64,000 nucleotides of DNA from Azolla caroliniana (GCA_043228905.1 JBHGNT010000002.1:24986001-25050000); one strand, 5' to 3'. Shown: positions 47,301 through 61,200, counted from the first letter of the stretch. Notes: generated from the letters alone by a model not told the origin. Made by a program: numbers and translations.

Positions 47301-47905
47301 ACCGTTAGGGTTTTAGTTATCCTCATTTCATTTTATGGTTTTGCTTTGAGGTTCCTTCTATCATTTTCCTTTCTCTTGATTAGGGTTTAGTTCTAGTTCT
47401 TCTTCTCACTATCCGGTTAGTGTTTCGTCTAGTTATGCTTGAGTCCGGCCTATATGGCCGCGCTTGTAAATCATATGGTGGTTTTCGTAATGTAATTTGT
47501 TTGGTGAACCTTGTCTCAATCTAGCTCTTAATCTCTCTAATCTTCCCACGTTGTTCCTCACTTTTTCTTTTGTGCTTGGAGGCTCGGTTAAGCTCCCATT
47601 TCTTGTTCCCTTCTTCTACTCCCTAGTTCAAGACCTCGGTGGTCATGCCCGGATCCAACACGCACACGCGGATTTTCGCGACACCGTCTACCCGAAAAGT
47701 TTGAGTGAGTCGGGACGTCGGTTTCGACAAGTCAGCATCCTGGTACAAACCAGAGACAACTCCGATGCCGACCCAGAATCGGCCAAACGAGAGATAGAAA
47801 ATGAAGATTGACTCAGGCACATATTTGAAGAAAGTCTGATTACGACAATGATGAGTGGACCAGAAGAGCCCCCGAGTGACCAAAGCACATTTCTCCTTCT
47901 TAATA
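44325..47905 (+). mobile_element. Internally deleted Ty1/copia 'Copia B' nested in Copia A
   Basis: 5' LTR 44325-44577, PBS TGGTATCAGAGC, and gag-PR-IN related to the 33383-39249 element. RT/RH and most of the 3' LTR are deleted, leaving the terminal ...ctccttcttaata. 5-bp TSD ATTTG (44320-44324, 47906-47910). Confidence 0.88.
46849..47683 (+). mobile_element. Solo LTR of the TGTCG..CGACA gypsy group, nested in the Copia B integrase
   Basis: TGTCGTG...CGCGACA termini with 4-bp TSD CCGT. The Copia frame KCYNP|STRKV*VSRDV resumes on the other side, and the 3' end resembles the LTRs ending at 51945 and 55360. Confidence 0.88.
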
Positions 47906-48804
47906 ATTTGACATCGTTGAAATCCTAATGCAGGGGTAAGTCATCTAGAAGGACTTGTCAGGACGGTTCAACTAATGCCGATCAGCCAACAGAGGCAATC
48001 GAAGGATCTAAACCAATGACCTCAGCACCCAGGAGATCCGAGCGAGTTCGAAGGCTTCCAAAGTTCTATTAATCAGGCATCGACTACATCAACTACACGG
48101 ATGCAGGCGAACCAAGCTCCTACGAGGAATCTATAGCTGCGCCAGATGCCAACACATGGCTACAAGCCATCAGATTCCAGATGGATTCGATTCATTAGAA
48201 TCAAACATGGGAGCTGATCGAATTACCAACTGGAAGGAAGTCGTTGCCCTAAAAATGGGTCTTTAGAGACAAATATGTATTTGTTCTGAGAAACCCATAT
48301 ACAAAGCTTTGCTTGTTGCAAAGGGATTCAAACAAGAACACGAGCTCGACTATGATGAGATATGCTCACCAATAGTCAAGATGACCACGCTTCGAATCCT
48401 ATGTGGGGTCGTGGTGACTGAAGACGTAGAGCTCGAACAGTTGGACGTCAAGACGACATTCCTACACGGAGACCTGTAAGAAGACATCTATATGTCTCAA
48501 CCGGCAGGCTTCACGGCGATGGGGATGTCGATTGAAGAAAAACCTTTATGGCTTAAAACAAGCGCCGAGGATGTGGTATCAGAAATTCGAAACCTACATT
48601 CGGTAGCTCCGCTACCGCCGGTCCGACCCCAACCCATGTATGTATATTGGGCAATTGGCCGACAAGTCTCGGATCTATCTGATCCTATACGTTGACGAAA
48701 GGCTCATTTCAGGGAGCAATCGAGCAAAGATTGGAAAAGTTAAATGGAGCCATTAATACGCCTACGTACTAGGCTAGATTTGTAGGCCTCTAACGGCCTA
48801 CTGG

Positions 48805-50200
48805 TTACAATCCGGATCCGGTTGAGCTTGTCTGCCCAACATCCAACAACAACTCCATCCTTTCTTTCGCCCCTTCCTCCAACAGCTTCATCGTTGTTTC
48901 CGCCATCAACCATCCATGTTCCATCAACACCTCCGATTTCTCCTTCAACTCTGCTCGAGTCTCTTTAAGTTTTTCCTGATATCGGTCGTAGTTTGTCTCC
49001 AACCTTTTATGGTCTCTATACAACTGGTCAAAATCCTCCAATTTTTGTTTTAGACGTCGGTTGACTTGTGATGTCAACCGATCGTTGTGGTCCTTCTATT
49101 GTCAGAGTTCCTCCTTGAGCCACTCGATCTCTATCTCTGCCATTCTCCGGAGCTTGTCCTTATCCTACAACAACGTTTCCTTTTCCACCTTCAGCCAATC
49201 CATGCTGCTCTACAATCGATGGAGTCCATCTTCCATCTTCCGCTTCTCTTCCTCGGTTGTCTTCCGTAGTTGCTTTTCTCTTTCTTTCAGTATTGCTTGC
49301 GCGACCAGTTCCTCCTTGAGCACTTTAATTTCTTTTGTCCATTCGCGCTCTTTTTCCGGTGTTGTATTAACCACATGTTTTGTCTTTGTGACCGATGCTT
49401 CTTCGTGTGTTCTTACCGGCACTACCGCTCTGTCTCTTATGACCAATAGTTCTTTGGCCCTTTCCAACTCTTCTTCTAAACTTCAGATCTGATTTCGGGT
49501 CTTCTCTAAGTCTTATGTTGCCGTCAACAACCATTCTGTCCAGGTGGGCCCGCTTCTCCGTATTTGCTTTTCCACTTCCACCCGGTCAGCCAATTTGGAA
49601 GCCTGTTGTCCCAACCATTCTAACCATTGTCGGCAGGTCCCATGTTGTGTTAGTACAACGAACTGTTGTACTGTCTCTGACATTTTTTCATGCTCCTCTG
49701 CCCGTGCACTCTATGTTACCGGTTCTTCAAAATATGGTTTTGGTTCTGGTCTGTGCTCCTCCTCATTTGTCAGCTACGTGTCCTGACCTGGTTGTGTTGT
49801 TCTCTCTGACTAAGTTGTCTCAACCACTTCTGGTCTTTCCTTCTTAGCATGCTCGGTCGGTCTTGGCTCCACCATCGTTGAGCGGGTGGTCGGTATAATG
49901 TCCTTCTCCGGACCCGATCCATCCTCATGCTACTCATTGTGACGTGTTCTAGGACGCATCTGGAGGGGTTCTTCTTCTTCTTCCAGATCCTCGTCCTCCG
50001 CGGTTTCCTGGTGTGCCGTCTCTGCCCATTCCCGCTGCTCCTGCCTATCTTGCCTTAAGAGCTTGATTCAAATGGGTTTTGTTGGCTTGGCCGGTTCGTC
50101 TTTTCTGGGCACCAGAACTGTTTCTGCTTGCCAAGATGCTTCTGTTGCCCATCTGGGGGTATGCTTTGCCAGTAGCTGTTACCGTTTTGATGGTTGTTGT
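48805..50200 (-). pseudogene. Decayed long ORF (acidic linker plus coiled-coil), probably a TE accessory ORF; truncated upstream by Copia C
   Basis: ORF-track pieces 48805-49077 and 49210-49467 share one frame, which continues to ~50200 through scattered stops. It is E/K/L/R-rich and heptad-like, with no recognisable enzyme domain. Confidence 0.55.
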
Positions 50201-50608
50201 TGTTGGGAAATTGGTCCCTCCGGATGGGATCCGGTGATGAATAAAGTGGACCCGGTGAGAATCGGAAACCGGATCGGATAGACCCGGTGAGAACCGGATG
50301 AGAAGACATATATGTAAATATGTTTTGAGTAAGCCTATTGAGGCTATATTTGTAAATAGCCCTAAGTTCATATAAGTATAAATATAACTTAGGGCAATCA
50401 CTTTGGAAGGTTGTTGTCATACTGTTGTATGTGCATAACTGTTGTATAGTGAGAGAGGAGATACAAAGCGACTTCTGTTGTAACCGTCGGTTGGCTAAGA
50501 CATAGAGCTCGAGGTCATTCCCTCTGAGTCTCTGATTGTACCTTTCTTATATAGTGATAGTTGGAGCCCGTGGGCTCCCGTGGTTTTTCCCATTTAGGGT
50601 TTCCACGT

Positions 50609-53600
50609 TATCGCGTTACTACGCGCATGCGTGGAGAAACGAGGCGGGACCACCGGGGTCTTGAACCGAAGAGCAGGTGATAGAAGGGGAAAGAGAAAGA
50701 GAGAGACGCCTGGTTACGTATGAGCAAAGAAACACAGGGACACGGTCCGTCAACGCGGAAGACACCAATGTTTGTATATTAACGAATGACACATAAACAA
50801 CAGAGCACGCGGGCGGTTACAACCGAACAGGCCGGCGAACAGATGTCGATGCCTGCTTGTCTGCGCACGAAAGGGGATAGGATGGAGGTGCTGCCGGAAG
50901 CACACGGGCGTTCCTCGAAGCAGCGCGAGCCTCCCGAAAACCTGCAGAGAAGAGCGATGGAGAACGAACAGAGGAGAAGCGTTCGGTTTCGGTTCGACAG
51001 CACTTCGTCCTCCTCAGAAAAATAAATGCCCCCCTTCTCCCCACGTCTCCCTCTCTTTTATAGCTTCAAGAAGGGAGCCGTTTCCCTCATTAGCTTCCTA
51101 CCTACTGAATCTAACTACCTAGGATATACCTTTGTACCTAATTCTCTATTATATACATTAAAGGGCGCGCACGCTGTCGTGAAGAATTTCGGCCAGAGGC
51201 GGAAACCGAGAAACATTGGCTACATCGGCGGGGTGCAGCGTGTGTACACACCCATGTACATTTAGTGTGAATAACGAGGGCGCCTTTATGGCGCCGAAGA
51301 GTAGTCAAGTCGGGATAGACGATCCCATGTAATCGGGATTTATCCCACATTGTAACGCATCCCTCTCCTTGTTATATAAAAGGAAGGGAACGCCCTTTGT
51401 AAAAGGGTTGCCCATTTTGCATTAGAGGGTATACCGTTAGATTTAGGGTTACTTCTTCTTCTTCTCCCCCCTTAGTGTTTTCTTAGGGTTTGCTTCAGCT
51501 CCTCTCCTGCGCAAGACCCCGCTCGGCGCGACGAGCCTGTGAGCTCCCCGACTGGCGGCTTGGTAGCTGACGACTACTGTAACCTACCTTGGTCCGGCTC
51601 GAAGCCGGGGATGTATTCTTCTTTATATATATATACATTTGCGTCTGTCTGTGTATATCTGCGTCTCTGTTGGTGTCGGGTGCTTCCCCTTTCCTGCGTT
51701 TTCTTTACATAAGGGCGTGAGTCGGGTCGGGCTGTGTGTTCGTGTGCGCGCGTGTGTGTGCGTGTGTGTGCGTGAGTCGGTGTTAAGCACGCTCTCTCTC
51801 TCTCTCTCTCTCCCTTCGGTTGCTTCCGGGGCGTTTCTGGGATGCCCTAGAAACAGTGAAGCACGACTTCCTACGCTCCATCACTCCCTAGTCCAAGACC
51901 CCCGTGGACCCGCCTTTCTCCACGCACGCGCGTAACAACGCGACATATTTGGTGAACCCGACGTGAAAGGCGGCAAGGGAGGATGGAGTCGGAAGACGAC
52001 GACCTTGCGGAGATGGTGGCCGAAGTGGTGTTGGAGTCGGTACGAGTGGTCATGAGGCGAGAAGCAGCGCAACAAGCGGTTGAGCGAGTGGTCGAAAGAG
52101 TCGGCCGTTTCAACGAGGACAAAGTCCCACCTTACTTGGAAGCCTACAACGCGGAAATGGAGGAGTGTGGCGTAGACGAGGCGTTGAGGCTGGAGTTCTT
52201 CTGTCGGGTCGTGGTTGTCCGGATGCATGCGGAAATAAAGGAGCTCCGTGAGGCTCATAGTTCGTGGGAGGCCTTTGAAGAGGCGCTCCTGAAGGCATAC
52301 GGAGGACGGCGGAAGAGCCGGGGACGACACGACTTCGACCAGTGGGTAGCATCGGCAAAGACCCACCGGGGCGTGACGAAGGCGTTCCGGGAGTTCGAGC
52401 GACGGCTTGCTCGGCTCCCAGAGCGGGAACAAGGTTTGGTGGGGGCGGACAAGGTCCTATTGTTCGTCCGGTCGATCGACTGAGCGGAACGGGAGGCCAT
52501 CGGGATTGAGCTCGAAGACGATGATGGAGCGAATGGGCTTACGGAGGACTAGTCAAAGGTCGGAAGGGTGTGCCAATGGCTAGATGATGAACGAGCAGAG
52601 AAGGCTAGGAGGAAGGGACGCGACGACGTGCCATCACAGTGGGAAGAGGCCGAACGGCAAAGAGAGTCAGCAAGGGTCGGCGTTGGGGCCAGGATTGCGG
52701 AGGTGTACGCAGCTCTCAAAGAGATGCGCGAGGAAGAGGGAAGATCGAGGCCGGAAGCCGAGACCGAGGAGACGGACTTGCCCCACGCGACGGCGGAAGA
52801 TCGGTACGACGGTACCACGGGAGAGGGTGCGGAACAAAACGCCCTCTTGACTTGCGGAGATAGAACGGCCAAGGACGAGGCCGAGATACAGATCGCGGAA
52901 CCGGATCATTGGGACCAACGGTTTCGGGCGTGTCAACCTGAGATCCCGGCCATTGGAGAAGCAAGCCCAGACGGGGCTTGCGCGATCGGTAAGAAGACGA
53001 CCGCCGACCACGAAGAGTAGGTGGCTACGGACAAGGGCGTAAAACGGACGGGTGATTCTTTGTGTCTTCCCACACTTGCTCCCGAGACGATGGCAGTCGG
53101 GCCCGAGTGCCCACGTGAGTCCCAAGCGGAGGAAGGCGGCGGCGAAAGGGCAAGAATCGCCGGCGAGACGATACGGGGAAGGAAAATGAAAGCCGGTCCT
53201 ATGGGATTCCTTGCACCGATCCGGCTGCAGGCCCGAGTGCCGGCATGAGTCCTATACGAGAGACGGTGGCGACAGGAGAACGAGACTCGGCAATCCGGAG
53301 AATGACGAACGGACCCGAGCGAGAACCGGGCGGAGCGGACTCCCGGATGACCATTCCGGGAGGGAGGAAGAGAGCAGGCCTACGAAGAGGCCGAGGACAC
53401 GGTACGTCGGTACCATGGGAGAGGTGGAGTAAACTGCCCTCTTGGCATGCGGAAAAGGATGACCCGGGACAGGGTCGAGAAGACAGATGGGTAGCCTACG
53501 GAGGATCCTTCACACCGGTTCTAGAGACTTCGGCAGTCGGCAACGCGGTCGACGTAAGACCAAGATACTGACGGTGGCGGCGAGGTGACGAAGGCAATGG

Positions 53601-55180
53601 GCGTAAGGAAGTCCGGTCCTACTGGATCCCCACACTTAACCAGAGACTCCGGCAGTTCGACCAACGTGGCAACATGAGACCAAGAGAGAAGGTTGGTGGT
53701 GGCGGGAAACGAGACCCGACTAAGTGGAAGACACGAGGAGAGTCCGGGAGGGACTCAAACAAAAGTCACCCGAATGACGGCAAGCACAGAAACGGAGTCT
53801 GGTCCTATGGGACCCTCACACTGATCCGGAGACTCTGGCAGTTCGGCCAACGTGGCAACGTGAGACCGAGGGAGAAGGACGGTGGCGGCAGGGAACGGGA
53901 CCCGACGACACGAGGTTTCGGAAGGAGCAGGTAGGGGCAAACACGGGGAGGTGTGTCGGGCCGGAAACGCACACCTGGGACGGGATAAGAGTCTCGCAAG
54001 TGGCCATCGCGGGCCGGATCAAAGCGTGACTACGGACAGCGTTCGGCGCAGGCGGTGCCGAACGATGGGAGCTAAAGACGGCACAAGAGAGGTGCCGGGA
54101 ACGAGGGTATGTGGCACACGGAGGTGCCGGAGCGGAAAGGCGAGCGCGGAGAAGGTCGAAAGGGGATCCTCGACACCGTTCCGGAGACCATGGCGGTTCG
54201 AGCCGACGCGGCAACGTAAGACCATGGAGAAGGAAGGTGGCGGCGAGAGGGCAGTGGCCACGTGAAACAACATGGGACGACAACCAGGACATCACGAATG
54301 CTCAACGGAGGCCAAGCGGGCCACTACGGGCATGCCTCAAGCGGAGGACATCAGGCATACGGCGGGAAGCAGGGCGTTCATACAGCCGAACAAGGGCCAA
54401 CGGAAGTACGCGTACTATGGAGATCGCGGCAGAGGACCCATCGACGGGTCGAACGAGCCTACGGGGAGGCAAGCGCGAAGGAAGAATCGAAGCCGACGGA
54501 TCAAACCGGCATCGAGCCGGGATGCGGATCACGGAAGACCGGTTTCTCGCCGGTCGAAATCTCTCACCCTTGAACCAGATTTGGCACGTACCGGTGGACG
54601 TGCAGTTAGGCGGAAACCGGGAAACATTAGCTACATCGGCAGGGTGCAGCATGTGTACGCACCCATGTACATTTAGTGTGAATAACGAGGGCGCCTTTAT
54701 GGCGCCGAAGAGTAGTCAAGTCGGGACAGACGATCCCATGTAATCGGGATTTATCCCACATTGTAACGCATCCCTCTCCTTGTTCTATAAAAGGAAGGGA
54801 ACGCCCTTTGTAAAAGGGTTACCCATTTTGCATTAGAGGATATACCGTTAGATTTAGGGTTACTTCTTCTTCTTCTCCCCCCTTCGTGTTTTCTTAGGGT
54901 TTGCTTCAGCTCCTCTCCTGCGCAAGACCCCGCTCTACGCGACGAGCCCGTGAGATCCCCGACCGGCGGCTTGGCAGCTGACGACTACTGTAACCTACCT
55001 TGGTCCGGCTCGAAGCCGGGAATGTATTCTTCTTTATATATATATACATTGGCGTCTGTCTGTGAATATCCGTGTCTCTGTTGGTGTCGGGTGCTTCCCC
55101 TTTCCTGCGTTTTTTGTACATAAGGGCGTGAGTCGGGTCGGGCTGTGTGTGCGTGTGTGTGCGTGAGTCGGTGTTAAGCA

Positions 55181-55230
<50 letters not shown>

Positions 55231-58200
55231 TCGGTTGCTTCCGGGGCGTTTCTGGGATGCCCTAGAAACAGTGAAGCATGACTTCCTACGCTCCATCACT
55301 CCCTAGTCCAAGACCCCCGTGGTCCCGCCTTTCTCCACGCACACGCGTAACAACGCGACAACGCGTGAAGAGCCGGTTCACGCACGCTATGCACCGATTG
55401 CGCTAAGGGACGGTTTTCTTCACGACATCCGCCCCCACCTAACCCCGCATCCACCGGTATGCGCCAAAATTGGGTTCTGGTTGGAGAAAACCGGTCCGGG
55501 TTCTGGTTCCTCGTCCATCGGTTCATCCTCCGTTTTGGACTGTTCGTCGTCGCTGTCCAGGCCTCTTAGATCCGGTTCGTCGTCGTGGCGCTTCTTGAAC
55601 GCTTTGATCCGCTTCCCTGCTACCGGTATCGCCATCCTCGTACCATCAAGTTCCGCCAGGTGATACGTCCCGTTGTCGTTGGCGCTCGTTACCACGTAAG
55701 GACAGAACCACCGCTTTGCAAACTTCCGTGTTGCCCGGTGCTAGTTGTCGAGGTTGCTGTCGTAGACTAGCACCCAATCGCCTTCCTCGATTTTCTTTGG
55801 TCGGAGCCGGTGCGTTCGGTCGAACCGGGCTTTGTTCTTCGTCCTCGCCGTCCGAAGTCTCTCCGCCGCTCGGTCCACATCCTCTAGCCACTGCTCGAGC
55901 TGCCGTATATGTGCCGCTAACAGTTCTTCCCGACTCATCTCGTCTCTCCAGTCCACTATCGCCCAAGAGGAGATCGTCCGTTCCATCGGCATGATCGGCT
56001 TCTGTCCGAACATGAGCTCTGACGGCATGAACCCGGTTACCAAACTATGCGTTGTCCGGTCCGCCCACAAGGCATAAGGTAACAGTCGTGGCCAGTTCCC
56101 AACCTGGCCTCCACACGCCCGGACTAGCGCTTTGACGATCGGTCTTTGTCCGCGCACAACCTTCCCGTTCGCCTCCGGATTGTACGCTGTGGTGAGTGAG
56201 AGCTTGACCCCTAACCGGTCGAACAGCTCCTCGGCCTCTTCGGCGTCCAACTCCCCGCGGTTAGCCACGATCTTCCCGACGCACCCGTACCGGCATATCA
56301 CGTCCTCGATCAGGAACCGACACACGGCCGCGGTCGTTTTGTTCTGAAGGGCTCGGCCTTCCACCTGGTTCGTCAGGTCCTCCCGGGCCAGCACCAGATA
56401 TTGCATCTGCCCTACACCTATCGGCATCGTCACCAAATCTACCATCCATTTGAAGTGGATGGCCGGAGGGTATGTAGGGTGAAGCTCGTCCCGATGTCGG
56501 ACTATGGAGTGTATCTGACAGCTCTCACAAGTTGCCACGAACCGATGCACGTCCCGGTACAGTCCCGGCCACCAGTACTTCCCCTTTAGTTTCTCGAACG
56601 TGGCCCACGTCCCACGGTGTCCAGCCCAGGGGCTGTCGTTATAGGCCTTCAGCAACTCCTCCTGTTCCTCCTTCATCGCCACTACTCGGAGCGCGATGTC
56701 GTTTCTCTTCTTCGGGTGCTTCCACAAGTATCCGTCCCGGAGAAAGAATCGGTACGCTTTCTTCCGGATCCGGTTGGCCTCGTCCTTTGTCCATGACGCG
56801 TCCGGCGTCATCGTCCTTAAGAATCCCCCAATCTGCAGCCACTCCCCGTCGTACTTGCTCTCGTTGAAATCGTTAAGCGCCGGAGTGCTCCCCCCCTCGG
56901 TTGTTACATAAGCCGCCTCGAAGAAGTCCACGCCGACTTCCTCGTCCTCCGAAACCATGCCGCCCTCGTCGTCGAATCGCACCCTCGAAAGCATGTCGGC
57001 CATGGCATTGTCTTTCCCGGAAATGTGTCATATTTCCGGATCTAGGGACTTGATGTACGCTATCCACCTGAGCATTGCCATGTCCGGGGTTGCGCATCCG
57101 GAAACCATGCTGAGAATCGGCAGGCAGTCCGTCTCGATAATCACCTCGGTCCTGATCAGATAGTCTTTATCGACATTCACCGCCGAAACGATACCCCAGA
57201 GTTCGCGTTTAACCTGGGCGTATCCTCGTTGTCGCTCGTTGAGGACCTTCGCGCCGAACCGGATTGGGAACCGAATGCTATCCTCATCTTCTTGGTTGAC
57301 GACCCATCCGATCCCGGTCGGACTTGTATCTACCGTTATGTAGATGGGAGTGCCTTTCTCGTAGACAGCCTTCCGGAGTGCCGGAGCTGCAGCAAGAGCC
57401 TCCTTCATCTTTCGGACCGACTCCGCATGCTCGTCTCGCCACTTGAAATTTCGCCCCTTTTTCAGCAACCCGTATAGCGGCTCGGCAACGTGGGCGTAAT
57501 GCGGGATCCATATGTGGTAGAAAGCGCATGCTCCCAAGAACCTCCGTACCTCCGTGACCGAGTTACAGTCGGGCTTCATTGCAGAGATGGCTTCCACCTT
57601 AGCCGGAGACGGTTTCCAGCCATACGGTCCGCATAGATGTCCGACGACCATGATCTTTGATTGCCACCGAGTTTATCCCTCCTTGTGGTAGGGTACACAT
57701 CCGCACTAGGCCGAGAGGAGTTCGCATCGTCGTAATGTCTCTGCTCTCTACGGCTAGTTGGAACTGATCGTACCCCGAGTACAGATCACCGAGTACAGAT
57801 CACCGAGTACAGATCACCGACCGAGTAGATCGACCTTCCGGCGAAGGCCTCTGCGAACTCGTCTATCGTTGGTCCGATTCCTGCATTCCGAATGGTCACT
57901 TTGTTGACCGGTTGTAGCTCTTGAATGAAGCGCAACGTCCCGTTCTTCTTCGGTACGGTAAACCACCAGTTCGAGTACGGGGCACTCGACGGTTCGAGGA
58001 TGCCCATATCGACTTTCTGCCTCAACAGCTCCATCAGCTCCGGGATGTGAACTCTCGGTACCGGAATTGGTTTGAGATTCCACGCACATGCGGTACCGTG
58101 AATATCACCATCGGCTTCACGACTGTCTGGTCTACGCACCCGATCTCTTCCGGTGAGAATGCGAAGGCTTTCCCGTGCCTTCCGAGCATTCTCCGAAACC

Positions 58201-61200
58201 GGTCTTCTTCAGCCGACAGTAGGAACCCGCCCCCACCGATTTTGAGCTCCCATAACGTCCTGTCGGTGAAGGTGTGTCCTATGCAGGCCGGATCTCGTAA
58301 ACCGGGGTCCGACGCGACCCCCTTGATTCGCAACTCGCTACCCTCCGGTAAGGGTGCCGCGACTGGCCTTACCTTCCGGTCCACAGTCTTGTACTTCGTG
58401 TTAACCCGGGCTGTCTGATCCGACTCGAGCCCTCGACTGAAGTCCGCGATGACTTCGTACATCTCTTCTGAACAAACCGGTATCGTCCGGTCCTCTTTAA
58501 GGCCTTCTCCGACCACCTCTCGCAGTATTCCCAAGGTATCGTCGAAGGAGACCGCCTCCACGGCTCCGTTGATTTCCTCGTTGGGCCCGAGAACTCCGCA
58601 CGCCCGAAGTCGTTCTTCCGCCCTTGTCTTTTCTCGGCCAATGACGCCAACTATCGTACACCCTCCGTTGTCGGAGAAACAAAACTTCCTACTTATGGTA
58701 CAAGATTTCTTCGGTTTCGCCTCTATCGTACATTTGTGGGGTTTTCCCGGAGTGTCCGGACTATCGCGGCCCCACGCCTTGACAACCCTCTCTAAAAATC
58801 CTCTCGATTCTCGCCACCGAGGGACTCGCGGTTTCGCTCGTGGTTCGATCGCACAATCAGGAACTGGACCGAATGACGCCTGTCCTGACTCTTGACCCTC
58901 GCATAAGCCGACCCGTTGTCCAGCACCTTGGTCTCTATCCGTGCTGCCGTAATGTACGGTTCTCCCAGTATGACCGGGTGCGAGGACGTCTCCTGCACAA
59001 AGAAGTGTTGGTCTATCTCGACGTCGCCGATCTTGACTCGCACGTTTGGGCAAGCCCCGTGTAGTTCCTCAGTGGCGCGAGTCGCCGCCCGTATCTTCCA
59101 CCCGTGCTTGGTGTTGATCGGCCATTTCCCCTTCTTGTAGAAGTCCATGGACATCAGGTTTATTTCCGAACCGTGGTCCACCAACGCCACCACCGGTTCC
59201 TGAACATCTCCGATCTTCACCGGGGTTTCCGTGGTCGCTCGGGCCTAGTGTGGCCTCGAATAGTGGCTCTCCGCCCACTCGTCTTCCAGCGCCATGTCCT
59301 CTATGTGCGTCGTCCGCACCTCCACCGGCCTTTCCGGTTCTGTTTCCGTTGACAGCCTCTTCCTCTTCACCAAGTCTACGATGGAGTCGTGGAACTCCTT
59401 CTTGGTGATTCCGAGCACCTCCCGCAACGACAGTTCCACCTTGCTGTCGAGGATTCGTTCTTCCAGGACCTTTCGTAGGTCCGTGGTCCTTTCGATCTCC
59501 GTGCCCAACCGATATCCGCCCTTCTTGTGGTTATCCCGGGCACTGGTCTCATTGGCCTCGTTCTGTTTCGGCCCGAATCGGGTTTCGTATCTTTGTGGGG
59601 GTCCGGCCCCTCCAGTTTTACCTACCCGTTTGTCTTCAACCAGAGCCTCGTAGTTCTGGTAAGCTGCTTTGACGAAACCCGTCTTTTCTTCGACCGGGTC
59701 ACTCCACCCGGTTACCTCCTGGACCCACTTCTCCGCGCGGTCCGCCTCGTCTTTCCTTAGTCGGGCACCGGCGAGGCCTTCCAACATCATCGGCCAGAAC
59801 CCGGCTTTGCTCTCCTTCCGGGCCTCGCTGCCTCCGACCCGAATACCGGCTGACGCCGAGTAGTGGACGGTCTCCGCGTGGCAGGCCGTCGTCTCTTCCA
59901 TCAGCCATTTCATTCCTCATCGCCCGTCGTTTCGGTTCAGGGCCCTCCGGGTATCGCTGGCGTGCACCCGACCTTCCCACAAGTACACTACCCGGCTTCT
60001 CAAAGCCTCCGCAAAGTCCCCGTAGTCTTTCCTGCTGGAGGTCGTCGATCACGAGCCTGTTCGCCGCCTTCCCTCCGAGCTTGGGCGATCTGGAGATCCT
60101 TTACCGCTCGTGTCAACTCCTCCAAAGCTGTTCCCCCGAACGAGCCTCTGACCACGCCGGTCGAAGCCGAACCGGTTTCGAGCCACTCCCGGGTCTCTTC
60201 CCTTCGCGCCTGTGGTATTGGTTCGAGCTTCCTTGCTGCGACAGGACCCGCCCCAGTCGCCCCTGTATCAGCCCACTCCCACCGTTTGTCAAAACGGCCG
60301 CAGACTCTTTTTACCGCGGCCCAGTCGGCCGTCAGCCCATCTTCGGTTTCCAGTAAGGAGCCCACTTGCTCCCGATCCCGTGCGTCAACCGATTTGACAA
60401 ACAATAGGACACGACTTGTGTCCAGAACGGTCCGATTGAGCGCCGAAAGGCGTGCAAAGCAATCCTCAAAATCCCGGAGGAGTACCGACACATTTCTTCC
60501 TTTGTTGGGGGACTCCACCCACTCCATGAAGCCCCGCGTCATCCAGCCCGTATTTCTCCAGGAGCCGTCCTTCGAACTCCTCCTAGGTCCGGCTCTCCGT
60601 CCGAACCTCGAGCACCTCCGCATGGATGCCCAACATCGCCACTCGAGGGAATCCGGCAAGACGCCTCTCTTCCGGAATATCCCTCATCAGCATCTCCGCC
60701 CGGTAGGACGCCAAATAACTCGTGGCATCCTTTCCATTGAACTGGCCGATCGTACCGACGATCGCCTCAATAGCCCTGTCAAGGGCGCCGGTGCCCTCGC
60801 GCACGCTCACTATCCAGTCCACGGCCAAAGCCATGGCCTCTACAAGATTCGACCCCCTCATCTTCTTCCCCTCTGCCGCCTTGTTCATGTCGGGTTCACC
60901 AAATATGTCGCGTTACTACGCGCGTGCGTGGAGAAACGAGGCGGGACCACCGGGGTCTTGAACCGAAGAGCAGGTGATAGAAGGGGAAAGAGAAAGAGAG
61001 AGACGCTTGGTTACGTATGAGCAAAGAAACACAGGGACACGGCCCGTCAACGCGGAAGACACCAATGTTTGTATATTAACGAATGACACATAAACAACAG
61101 AGCACGCGGGCGGTTACAACCGAACAGGCCGGCGAACAGATGCCGATGCATGCTCGTCTGCGCACGAAAGGGGATAGGATGGAGGTGCTGCCGGAAGCAC

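Larger units (their letters stand above)
41361..48752 (+). mobile_element. Old, truncated Ty1/copia (Tnt1/Tork-like), 'Copia A', interrupted at 44325-47905
   Basis: PBS TGGTATCAGAG at 41733. Gag begins MEIQTFDGKKFALWK (~41872), followed by WHGRLGH and the integrase VYTDICGP..FIDDC. It resumes at 47911 (PRRSERVR..EPSSYEE..NQTWELIELP, LDVKTTFLHGDL, YVD) and breaks off at ~48752. The left LTR edge is uncertain (41271-41365). Confidence 0.8.

Noticed and set aside
59863-61020. 385-aa plus-strand ORF and many similar overlapping ORFs at 33.6-38.9 kb and 51-61 kb
   Set aside because: Antisense or alternative-frame shadows of GC-rich retrotransposon coding sequence, with no recognisable domains.
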